Shown: one piece after another, positions 24,073 to 33,674 of the stretch
How the letters are laid out: every line of letters starts with the position of its first letter
Position numbering within the stretch: position 1 is the first letter of the stretch
Source: a virus
Taxonomy: Duplodnaviria > Caudoviricetes
Direction: 5' to 3' (one strand)
Virus record (IMG/VR): IMGVR_UViG_3300021964_000211
Span: 1 to 36,214 of that record
Length of the DNA: 36,214 nucleotides
Translations under genes and position numbers: made by a program
Notes under the pieces: model-generated
What the model was told of the DNA's origin: nothing
Seen by the model: the letters and a program-made list of their open reading frames with translations, nothing else
Database searches by the model: none

Positions 24073-24079
24073 ATAAATA
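24073..24079 (+). promoter_or_regulatory. Late promoter ATAAATA restarting transcription after the terminator
   Basis: ATAAATA lies just downstream of the U-tract, 30 nt before the ATG at 24110. Confidence 0.7.
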
Positions 24080-24109
24080 AATCATAATAGAACTCACAGC
24101 GCGAAGAAG

Positions 24110-27100
24110 ATGCCACTCAGTCGCTTAGATAATTTCCTGAAGAATGTTCGCGGTAATATTCTCTATGTCAATCCCAACGATTTAGACGCAACGGATAGCA
24201 TTGAGAACCAAGGTAATTCTTTAGCGAGACCCTTCAAAACCATTCAAAGATCCCTGATCGAAGCATCAAGGTTTTCATATCAGTCTGGTCTGAATAATGA
24301 TAGATTCGGACAAACAACTATTCTGTTATATCCTGGTGATCACATTGTAGATAATAGACCAGGTTGGATTCCTGATGGTACAAATAACTTCAGACTGAGA
24401 AATGGCAGCACTTCAGATAATCTTCCCCCATTCGATCTGAACACTAATTTTGATCTGACGACGGCATCTAATGAACTCTATAAGCTTAATAGTATTCACG
24501 GTGGTGTAATTATTCCCCGTGGAACTTCTATTGTTGGTCTTGATCTCCGCAAGACTAAGATTCGCCCTAAGTATGTTCCTGATCCAACAAATGACAATAT
24601 TAAAAGATCGGCACTTTTCCGTGTAACTGGTTCTTGTTACCTCTGGCAATTCACAATCTTCGATGCCGATCCAAGTGGAAAGGCATACACTAACTACACT
24701 GATAATTTAGTTGTTCCTAATTTCTCTCACCATAAACTCACCTGCTTTGAATATGCAGATGGCGTAAATGGTGTTAATATTCTTGATGACTTCCAAACTT
24801 ATTCTACGTCCAGAACTGATCTGGACATGTACTATGAAAAAGTAGGTAGAGTTTATGGTCAAGCATCTGGAAGACAGATTGAACCAGATTATCCAGATTC
24901 TGGACTTGATATTCAACCTAAGATTGACGAATATCGTATTGTTGGTGCAACATCAGGTTCAGTTGGATTAAGCACTGTTACAGCAGCAGGAACCACCGTC
25001 ACAGTAACACTTCAATCTGCACTTGATGGTCTTGATGTAAACACTCCTATTGTTGTTGATGGTATCTCGGCAGATGGGTATGATGGCAAATTTGTTGTTT
25101 CGGAAAGAGTAAGCGATACAGTATTCAAATATAATATTCAAAATACCCCAACAAATCTAGCGCCAACGGTTGCTGGTGCTACCGTATCTCTCAGCACTGA
25201 TACTGTTACTTCTGCGTCTCCATATATTTTCAACATCTCACTGCGTTCTGTATTTGGACAATGTGGTCTTCATGCTGATGGATCTGCTGCGACTGGATTT
25301 AAGTCCATGGTTGTTGCACAATTCACGGGTATTGGTCTCCAAAAGGATGATAATGCCTTCATTTTATATAATACTGTTACTGGTGAGTGGGAAGATAAAG
25401 ATGATGGCAAAGAGAACCTGAGCACTAATTCAAGAGCACAGTTCAAACCATCATATAAGAACTTCCATATCAAGGCATCTAATAATGCCGTCATTCAGAA
25501 CGTATCCTGCTTTGCTATTGGATATGCTGAACACTTCGTGTCTCAGTCTGGTGGTGATATGTCTGTCACCAACTCCAACTCCAACTTTGGATCTAGAGCA
25601 CTGATTGCAGAAGGATTTAGAAGCAATTCATTCTCTCAAGATGATACTGCATATATTTCTCATATTATTCCTCCACAAGAAATTAGTAATGTAGAGACAC
25701 CAATTGAATTTGGGGCAATCGATATTGCAGCAACTGTTGGCGTTACTACAACTAGCTCAAACCTATATTTGTATGGTGAAACTAACCCCGATAGACCCCC
25801 ATCAAACGTCCTTGAAGGATATCGTATTGGATCGAGAACAAACGATAATCTTAGAGTTCTGATTACTCAATCAGGAATTACTACAGAGTATGCATCCAGA
25901 ATTGTGATGCCTAACTCCAATTTAAGTTCTGAGAAAAGATTTGATATTGGTAGAGTTGGAACTGCGAATAGTGTTTCTAATAATGTAATCACTTTTACTG
26001 AAGATCATAACTTCATTAATGGTGAGTCGGTTCGTATGATTTCAGATACGGCTCAACTCCCAGATGGAATTAAACCAAATAAAGTATACTTTGCTGTTGT
26101 TGATACTACTCTTGATGGAAATAAACTTAAATTATCTGCAACACAAAGCGATGCTTTATCATTTGATGCATCAACCAATCCAACTAATTTAACCTTTAAC
26201 TCTGAAGGTGGCAATCTCTCCATCGTAAGTAGAGTATCTGATAAAAATTCTGGAGATATTGGACATCCAATTCAGTTCAATGATATCTCTAAGAGATGGT
26301 ACATCAACGTCTCTACTGCATCTACTGACAATCAAATTGGTATTGCTGTTAGTGACTTTGCTGTTGCAGGTCTTGGATCTGCTTCACCTAGAACCTTTAT
26401 CAACAGATTGAAAGATGATAGAGCACTTAGTGACAGACTTTATCGTATTAGATTTGTTGTTCCTGCAGGATCTACAAACGTAGGAAGACCACCTAGTGAA
26501 GGATTTATCCTACAAGAATCGAATAGTACAGTAGGTCTTACAACTTCTGAGGTTCAAACTTACTTTGGATCTGGTTCTATTATTGGAGAACAACAAAGAA
26601 ACTTTAAGTTTATTGCTGATACAAGTTGGGACAGTGGAACAGCAACTGCAACTATCTACACAGAACTCCCACACAACCTTTCAGTTGGAAATGAAGTTGA
26701 AATTATTAACGTTAAGAGTTCTGAAAATACTACGGCTGCATCGGACTCTGCATACAATAGAACTCTTCCTGTTGTAGGTATTAGTAGTGCCAAAGCATTT
26801 ACTATTGGTATAACCACTGATCCTGGAACTTTCCAGAATGATACGACTACAAGAAACACATCACTTCCACATTTAAAGCGTAAGAAGTACTCAGAAGTTT
26901 CTGTTATCTATAGAACTAAAGAAGCTCAGAAATATATTCAAAATGAGCAGGATGGTGTTTATTATTGCACCGTTCTAAATGGATCTGTTACTCCTGCTGC
27001 AGTTCCATTTACTGAGGAAGAGTATGCACAACCAGTACAAAACATCTTCCCACAACTGGACAGAGACAATCCACAGTCTGATCCAGTTCCAACCAAGTCC

Positions 27101-29983
27101 TTTGCATCATCTGATATCATTGGTGAGGTTGTCACAGATGATCTGAAACATAGTGTCACTAGAGAAGCACTTAATATTTTAAGAAAAGACTTTAGTGTTG
27201 ATGTAAGTGACATCATTACTGGTAATGCGGTTAGTATTGCTGGAACTGATTGTATTATTAGAACAAGTCGTGATCATGGACTGAATAGAATTACTAGAGT
27301 TAGCCTTGTTCAAAGTGGTTCTGGATATGGTAACAACTCTGGTTCTGATGAAGAGCACTATAATGCAAGACTGGTAGGAACTGCTGGTTCTACAACTGGT
27401 GAGTTTGCAACTGCTAAGGTATTCATCAATGCTGCTGGTGAAATCACTGATCTTAAGATCATGGATGGTGGTAGTGCATATGGTATTGGAAATACAATGC
27501 ATGTTGTTGGTATTCCAACTTTCGCAGCACCGTTTGAAGAAGCAGTTGTACAAGTTGAAAAAATCTATGAAAACACTGATGATGTAATCAGCATTACTGG
27601 AGTTTCTTCTGACAAGCAACTTTCCGCAAATCAACTTTATAAAATTTCTGGGGTAAATGTTGGTGCGTCTAGAACTTTCAATGCACTTCCTGTAAATGCA
27701 ATCACTGGAGTTACTACTACAGGTATTGGTAGTGACGGTGCAGCACCCGAAACAATGACGAATGCTTTCCTACAGATCAATGGAAGAGCATTATCAATTA
27801 GTGCTTTTAGTTATGAGAATACAAGTGGTATTGCATCTGTTACAACAAATCTTCAGCACGGTCTGCTAGTTGATAGAAAAATCAGAATTGTTGGTGCAGG
27901 ACAAGATCTTTATAATGGAGAGTTTGTAGTAACCAAAGCAAATACTCTTACTACACTTGAATTAGATATTGGTGTTTCTTCAAGCGCACCAACAGCAACA
28001 GGAGATTTAGAGATTTATCCTTTGGGTGTTGCTGCTCAAGGTGGAGACATTACTGTTGATAGAGAAAATGTCAGTGGAAGAATGGTTTCTCAATATGCTG
28101 GCATTACCACAACTTTAAGTTCTCTGGTTGCAGATGAGGTAACTCAAAATTTCTCAATTAATAATCCATCAAACTTTGATATTAACATTGGTGATTATCT
28201 TGAGGTTGATAGTGAGATTGTTAGAGTTAAAACTACCACTTCTACTAGCAGTGTTTCTGGAAATACCAATCCAATCGTTGTTCTCCGTGGACAACTTGGA
28301 ACTAAAGCATCAACTCACGAATTGAATGCTGTAATTAGAAGAATTAAACCGAATGCAGTTGAAACTCGTAGACACTCTATTATTCGTGCCTCTGCTCATA
28401 CTTTTGAGTATGTTGGATTTGGTCCTGGTAACTATTCAACTGCTCTGCCAGATCGCCAAGATAGATCTATTTCAGATACAGAAGAACTTTTAGCACAATC
28501 CACAAAGAGAGGTGGAGGTATTAACTTCTATACTGGAATGAATGATAGAGGTATTTCATTCTCTGGTAATAAAAAACTCAGTTCTATCACGGGTGAAGAA
28601 GAGGTCTTTGATACTCCAATTCAATCTATTACTGGTGAAGATGTCGGAGAGGTTGCTGGATTTAACTTGGTTCAAGGCCTTGAAGCGAATATCACTCGCT
28701 CAGTCAAGGTTGAGGGTGGTCCTTCTAAGAATGCTATTTCCGAATTCAGTGGTCCTGTTGTTTTTGGTGAAAAAGTTACTTCAACTTCATCCAAGGGTCT
28801 TGAAACTAACAATATCTTCATTCAAGGTGATGCAACGGTCTCTAGAAATATCACTGTAGGAATTGCAACACCTTCTCTTGTAGGTAACCCTGGAGATATC
28901 GTATTCAATGCTAATCCTACCTCTGGTGGATATTCTGGTTGGATATTTACGACCAACAATGAATGGCAAAGATTTGGTGCAGTCAGTAAGACTACTGAAG
29001 AATTGTCACCACTCTTTGATAAAGTAGGAGTTGGCACCACAGGCCCTGGAGACAATCTCCTTCAGGTTGGATCTGGCACAGGAATGCTTGCCGTTGATAC
29101 TGATGGTGTTGGTATTGGAACCACGGCTAATGGAATGCAACTTCACGTTGTAGGTAATACAAATATAGTAGGAACTGTCACTGCAACCAGTTTTGTTGGT
29201 TCTGGTGCTGGATTAACTGCTCTGAGCATCCCTTCTTCTGGTTGGGCACCAACTGCTAGTCTTGACGGATATTACAATACAGATCTTTCGTTCATTGGTA
29301 TCGGAACCTCAACTCCTGGATATACCTTAGAAGTTGGCGATCAAGGAGATACTGGACTTGATCTGGTTGTTAATGGGATGACCAAACTCACTGGTCTGAC
29401 CACGGTATCGAGCATCAATGTCACTGGTATCCTGACTGCATCAAATGCAACTCTGACTGACGCAAATGTCTCTGCTGGTATTGTAACGGCAACAGGACTG
29501 AGTGTTGGCGTTGGATCAACATCAATCTTCGCGACCACGATTGATAGTAATAATGTGGTTGGTATTGGAACAACAATTCCAAGAGCCAAACTTGACATTG
29601 AGGGTGGAGTAAGATTTAAGACTTACTCAGAACATGTTGAAGCATTGGATATCTCATCTAATGTAGTCACAATTGATTTGTCTCTTGCTCAATCATTCAC
29701 TCTGACGGTAGATGATGATGTTAATTCTTTTACTATTACTAACATTCCATCAGGATCTACTTCATTCAGTCTCAAAATTTTACAGGACGGAACAGGTGAT
29801 CGTGCTGTTGGTATAGATACATTTAAGACCTCAGGTGGAACGGCAATTCCTGTTAATTGGCCGGGTGGCGGAGTCGTACCAATTATGACTCAGACTGCAA
29901 GTAGAGCAGACATTTATTCATACAAAACATTTGATGGAGGATCTTCGTTCTACGGAGTCGTTGGAGGACAGAACTTCGCATGA
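24110..29983 (+). CDS. Large virion structural / tail fibre-like protein (1957 aa)
   Basis: MPLSRLDNFL..ILYV.P.D.DATD...N.GNS..RPFKTIQR N-terminus; beta-helix-like region; repeated T...H.(L/F)..G..V modules; VGIGTT.P repeats; C-terminal IDLS.AQ.F...QDGTG.R...W.GG..P...GQNF fibre domain. Confidence 0.75.
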   Translation: MPLSRLDNFLKNVRGNILYVNPNDLDATDSIENQGNSLARPFKTIQRSLIEASRFSYQSGLNNDRFGQTTILLYPGDHIVDNRPGWIPDGTNNFRLRNGSTSDNLPPFDLNTNFDLTTASNELYKLNSIHGGVIIPRGTSIVGLDLRKTKIRPKYVPDPTNDNIKRSALFRVTGSCYLWQFTIFDADPSGKAYTNYTDNLVVPNFSHHKLTCFEYADGVNGVNILDDFQTYSTSRTDLDMYYEKVGRVYGQASGRQIEPDYPDSGLDIQPKIDEYRIVGATSGSVGLSTVTAAGTTVTVTLQSALDGLDVNTPIVVDGISADGYDGKFVVSERVSDTVFKYNIQNTPTNLAPTVAGATVSLSTDTVTSASPYIFNISLRSVFGQCGLHADGSAATGFKSMVVAQFTGIGLQKDDNAFILYNTVTGEWEDKDDGKENLSTNSRAQFKPSYKNFHIKASNNAVIQNVSCFAIGYAEHFVSQSGGDMSVTNSNSNFGSRALIAEGFRSNSFSQDDTAYISHIIPPQEISNVETPIEFGAIDIAATVGVTTTSSNLYLYGETNPDRPPSNVLEGYRIGSRTNDNLRVLITQSGITTEYASRIVMPNSNLSSEKRFDIGRVGTANSVSNNVITFTEDHNFINGESVRMISDTAQLPDGIKPNKVYFAVVDTTLDGNKLKLSATQSDALSFDASTNPTNLTFNSEGGNLSIVSRVSDKNSGDIGHPIQFNDISKRWYINVSTASTDNQIGIAVSDFAVAGLGSASPRTFINRLKDDRALSDRLYRIRFVVPAGSTNVGRPPSEGFILQESNSTVGLTTSEVQTYFGSGSIIGEQQRNFKFIADTSWDSGTATATIYTELPHNLSVGNEVEIINVKSSENTTAASDSAYNRTLPVVGISSAKAFTIGITTDPGTFQNDTTTRNTSLPHLKRKKYSEVSVIYRTKEAQKYIQNEQDGVYYCTVLNGSVTPAAVPFTEEEYAQPVQNIFPQLDRDNPQSDPVPTKSFASSDIIGEVVTDDLKHSVTREALNILRKDFSVDVSDIITGNAVSIAGTDCIIRTSRDHGLNRITRVSLVQSGSGYGNNSGSDEEHYNARLVGTAGSTTGEFATAKVFINAAGEITDLKIMDGGSAYGIGNTMHVVGIPTFAAPFEEAVVQVEKIYENTDDVISITGVSSDKQLSANQLYKISGVNVGASRTFNALPVNAITGVTTTGIGSDGAAPETMTNAFLQINGRALSISAFSYENTSGIASVTTNLQHGLLVDRKIRIVGAGQDLYNGEFVVTKANTLTTLELDIGVSSSAPTATGDLEIYPLGVAAQGGDITVDRENVSGRMVSQYAGITTTLSSLVADEVTQNFSINNPSNFDINIGDYLEVDSEIVRVKTTTSTSSVSGNTNPIVVLRGQLGTKASTHELNAVIRRIKPNAVETRRHSIIRASAHTFEYVGFGPGNYSTALPDRQDRSISDTEELLAQSTKRGGGINFYTGMNDRGISFSGNKKLSSITGEEEVFDTPIQSITGEDVGEVAGFNLVQGLEANITRSVKVEGGPSKNAISEFSGPVVFGEKVTSTSSKGLETNNIFIQGDATVSRNITVGIATPSLVGNPGDIVFNANPTSGGYSGWIFTTNNEWQRFGAVSKTTEELSPLFDKVGVGTTGPGDNLLQVGSGTGMLAVDTDGVGIGTTANGMQLHVVGNTNIVGTVTATSFVGSGAGLTALSIPSSGWAPTASLDGYYNTDLSFIGIGTSTPGYTLEVGDQGDTGLDLVVNGMTKLTGLTTVSSINVTGILTASNATLTDANVSAGIVTATGLSVGVGSTSIFATTIDSNNVVGIGTTIPRAKLDIEGGVRFKTYSEHVEALDISSNVVTIDLSLAQSFTLTVDDDVNSFTITNIPSGSTSFSLKILQDGTGDRAVGIDTFKTSGGTAIPVNWPGGGVVPIMTQTASRADIYSYKTFDGGSSFYGVVGGQNFA

Positions 29984-32900
29984 TACAGAATTCCCAATAT
30001 CACTTAATACCTACGGACCTTCAATTAAATGGTCCGATTCTTTCTTTCACGACGACCCCATCAGATACAACTCTTGGAGTTGGACAATCTGCATACTTCA
30101 CGGGAATTGCCACAGCGCAATTCCCAGATCAAACTCCAGCAAACCCAGCTGTGGGATTTGCTACTGGAACCATTCAATATCAATGGTATGAAGTTACTGA
30201 AGGACAGTTGAGTGATGGAACCAAGTATGTAGGAACGGCAGCAACAGAACTTATAATTAGTGACATTGTAAGTCCCGATGACAATGGGAAGCAATATTAT
30301 TTGAGTGCTGATTATGTTGCGATTGGAACAAGTCCAAATGCAAACAATGAATCATTCACTTCATCCAGAGCAACTTTATCGATATTTCCAGAGATTGTAA
30401 TTAATGAACACCCATCAGATGTTACGGTCGGTCTTGGTGGACAATCTACATTTGAAGTTGAAGCAACATTAACTGACGGATCATATGGAAATCTATTTTA
30501 TCAGTGGAGAGTTGATGGAGAAAATCTCACTGATGGAACATATACATCAGCTTCTGTAGCAACTCAAGGTATTACTAGTATTGAGGATGATGCAGTTTTA
30601 AGTCTTCCATTAAATGAAGATTCTGGATCAGTAGATCTTACAGATTATTCTCCAAATACTAAGACCATAACAGCAGGTGCCACTTATGGTTCTGGACCTA
30701 CTTGGGTCAGCACAGGTATTGCGACAGGAAACTTTTATGATGGTGCAGCATACTTTGATGGATCGACTTCGTATCTTAATGTTCCTTCATCGGATGATTT
30801 TTATTTTGGAGAAGGTGAGTGGACGATTGAAGCCTGGATCAAATGGGATGATGCTAGTTGGTCAGGAACTTGGGAAGTAATATCTTGTCTTGGTGGTGGA
30901 TATTACTCTGATGGCGGTTCTTGGTTTGCTATTCTTAGAGACACTGCAGCAGGTGAAAATTCAAAAGTTTATATTGCAAACCCATCATATTATACTCAAA
31001 TCGCTACTATTGATATTCAAGCTGATGAAGATGTATGGCAACATACTGCTTTAACAAGAGCAAGTGATGGTAAAATAAGATTGTTTATTAATGGAGTTCT
31101 GAAAGGGACATTGGATAGTGATTTCTCAAGAGGTGCTTTTGGTGGTAATGCCAAAGGATACATTGCATTAGAACATGCTACTTTCCATACGATAGGATAT
31201 TACTATCCAAACTTCTACTTACAAGATTTTAGAGCATACAAAGGAGTTGCGAAATATACTATTGACTTTACTCCATCATCAACATCAATTCTTGGAACAA
31301 CAAGAAATAGAACCGTATTCAACACAGACTATCCAGCAGCATTAGCACTTCCTTTATGGAATGCAAGTGGACAAACAAACAATGCTAATATTCAGGATAT
31401 ATCGAAAAACGAGTTACCTATGGAGTTTGGAGAAACTCGGATAACTTGGGATTCTAGTGTTAAAAAATGGTATGATGGTTCTGCATTATTTCCAAATAAG
31501 ACTGCAGCCGCACTAAAACCCGCCGTCACACCGCAATGGGTCATTGGCCAAAAAGATTTCACCATTGAAGCATGGTGTTATTTTACTAAGATTTCTTGGA
31601 GTGATATTTTTTCAACTGATAATTACAACACATTCAATAGTAGCTCTGGTTTATTTGCTTTCAGAAAAAGTAGTTCTGAAACTTTATCTTTCTATTGCAA
31701 TCCTGATTTTGAAAGTATCAATCAGGGAGTAACTAATGGAGATCCAATTCCACAAGATACTTGGGTTCATTGTGCAATAGCAAGACAAAATGGCATTGTC
31801 CGAATGTTCTTAAACGGAAAATTCCAAGGTTCATATGATTTTACTGATATCAATAATAAGAGTGGGGGAACTATACCATCCCACTCAGTAACTGCAGATT
31901 TAAGAGTTGGTGGGGTGGCAGGTAATAACTATCCAATGGGTGGTTATATCCAAGATTTGATTGTTTATGATAATATTGCTAAGTATACTGAAGATTTTGT
32001 AGTTCCTGGAAGATCTATTTTATCTGAAAATCATACATACACTAATATTTCTGGATCTCAAACCGATACTCTGACTGTTACCTCAGATACTATTGGATCA
32101 AGTAAAATTGATTGTGTGGTTTCAAATCCAAATACACAATCTAAAATATCTGATAAAGCAACATATGTGGTCACTGATGCAAGATCCACTATTAAACTTG
32201 AAGGATACGGAACTTCATCTGATGCTACATTAATTGAAAAGAATTTAGATGACTCAGAGTTCACAATAACATCTGATGATTTGAACTTTGATGACATTTG
32301 TCTTTATGCATCAGAGAAAGATCTCAATGTTGAAATTGACTTGTATGGTGGACGTGGGTATAGCACATCCGCTTCCTCTGGTGGAGAAGGTGGATACTCA
32401 AGAATCTCATTTACAATGAAAAAGAATGAGGAATATATCTTAAGAGGAATTAAATCAGATACAGCACTGTTCTTATACAGGAAAGCATCACTAATTGCTG
32501 TTGTTGGTCAAGGTGGATCAGCAGGAAAATCTGGAGTTGGAGGAGACGGTGGAGGTGTAAATATCGCAGGTCAAAATGGCGGTGGTGTAAATGCTGGTGT
32601 AGGTGGGGCTAGAATTGGTATTGGGCAATTGGGAGAAAACGGTAGATTTGGATCTCGTTCGGGAATTAATATTGATGATGTTTATCCAGAAGATCTAAAA
32701 GAAGAATCATCCAACCCAAGCACTTATGAAAATTATGAGGGACAAACTATCAAGTGTTCCAAAGGAGTTTATTGGAAAGACCAAGGTAAAGGTTCTTGTG
32801 AGGATGTAGGTACAGTCAAGTTTAGATTATCCGATGGAACAGAAGTTACCAATAGTGCAATCATTGATAGGGGATTTAAATCTGGATATTCTATTAATTC

Positions 32901-33633
32901 TACTGGTGCAGCATCAGGATTGGGTCTTGAATCTAATGGAGGCCATGGTGCTGTCGGTGGCACTGCAAGTGCCTCAGGTTTTGGTGGTGGAGGAGGCTCT
33001 GGATATTCTGATGGATCCGTTACCATCATTAAAACTCAAGTAGGCGGAAGTACTGGATCGGCAAGAATTAATGTGAGACTTTCCGCTGGTGATTTCTATA
33101 TTGATGATAAAGGTAGAATTCTCATTCTTTCAATGCGAACTTCTGGACTTGATCCAAGAAATCTTACAAAGACCACCAGTAAAGTTCTTCCTAATACTAA
33201 TACTTGTATTGATGATATTAGATGGCAGAGATTTATTGATTCTGCAACTCCTAATACAAACATTAGATTGGCAGTTACAAGAAATGAGGATAACAGAAGA
33301 ATACTTGCGGTAACAAACAATAATCTTTATAAGATGAAAGTTGCGAATCGTTATCCATTACGAAGAAGTTTGACTGGATGGCAAACTTGGGAAGAATTGG
33401 TTGGTAAGAGTTCATACGGACCTGACCTACTTCTTGCTTGGGATGAAACATCTGGTTGGACTGGAACTGGTAGTGATTATTCTGGACTTTATTGGAATGC
33501 TCCAAATTCTGGATATACTACTGGATTTGCTTACTATGGAGGTTCATCTAATCCACCATTTAATGGATCAACCTATCACTTCCCAACAGCTAATTGGTGG
33601 ATCCTTCCAGACGGTGTACCAGATTTTCCATAA
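29980..33633 (+). CDS. Fibre/adhesin-like protein: Ig-like domains, two LamG/ConA-like domains and a Gly-rich domain
   Basis: P.D.T..G....F...A...YQW (Ig, twice); F..G..(W/F)TIEAW...W.H.A..R......F.NG...QD...Y.G.AKY (LamG, twice); GG.GG-rich C-terminal part. Confidence 0.75.
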   Translation: MIQNSQYHLIPTDLQLNGPILSFTTTPSDTTLGVGQSAYFTGIATAQFPDQTPANPAVGFATGTIQYQWYEVTEGQLSDGTKYVGTAATELIISDIVSPDDNGKQYYLSADYVAIGTSPNANNESFTSSRATLSIFPEIVINEHPSDVTVGLGGQSTFEVEATLTDGSYGNLFYQWRVDGENLTDGTYTSASVATQGITSIEDDAVLSLPLNEDSGSVDLTDYSPNTKTITAGATYGSGPTWVSTGIATGNFYDGAAYFDGSTSYLNVPSSDDFYFGEGEWTIEAWIKWDDASWSGTWEVISCLGGGYYSDGGSWFAILRDTAAGENSKVYIANPSYYTQIATIDIQADEDVWQHTALTRASDGKIRLFINGVLKGTLDSDFSRGAFGGNAKGYIALEHATFHTIGYYYPNFYLQDFRAYKGVAKYTIDFTPSSTSILGTTRNRTVFNTDYPAALALPLWNASGQTNNANIQDISKNELPMEFGETRITWDSSVKKWYDGSALFPNKTAAALKPAVTPQWVIGQKDFTIEAWCYFTKISWSDIFSTDNYNTFNSSSGLFAFRKSSSETLSFYCNPDFESINQGVTNGDPIPQDTWVHCAIARQNGIVRMFLNGKFQGSYDFTDINNKSGGTIPSHSVTADLRVGGVAGNNYPMGGYIQDLIVYDNIAKYTEDFVVPGRSILSENHTYTNISGSQTDTLTVTSDTIGSSKIDCVVSNPNTQSKISDKATYVVTDARSTIKLEGYGTSSDATLIEKNLDDSEFTITSDDLNFDDICLYASEKDLNVEIDLYGGRGYSTSASSGGEGGYSRISFTMKKNEEYILRGIKSDTALFLYRKASLIAVVGQGGSAGKSGVGGDGGGVNIAGQNGGGVNAGVGGARIGIGQLGENGRFGSRSGINIDDVYPEDLKEESSNPSTYENYEGQTIKCSKGVYWKDQGKGSCEDVGTVKFRLSDGTEVTNSAIIDRGFKSGYSINSTGAASGLGLESNGGHGAVGGTASASGFGGGGGSGYSDGSVTIIKTQVGGSTGSARINVRLSAGDFYIDDKGRILILSMRTSGLDPRNLTKTTSKVLPNTNTCIDDIRWQRFIDSATPNTNIRLAVTRNEDNRRILAVTNNNLYKMKVANRYPLRRSLTGWQTWEELVGKSSYGPDLLLAWDETSGWTGTGSDYSGLYWNAPNSGYTTGFAYYGGSSNPPFNGSTYHFPTANWWILPDGVPDFP

Positions 33634-33636
33634 ATA
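33630..33636 (+). promoter_or_regulatory. Late promoter ATAAATA
   Basis: Overlaps the stop at 33631-33633. Confidence 0.65.
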
Positions 33637-33674
33637 ATAGAAGCATAAAAATAACTGGGGGAGAGTGAACCCAA

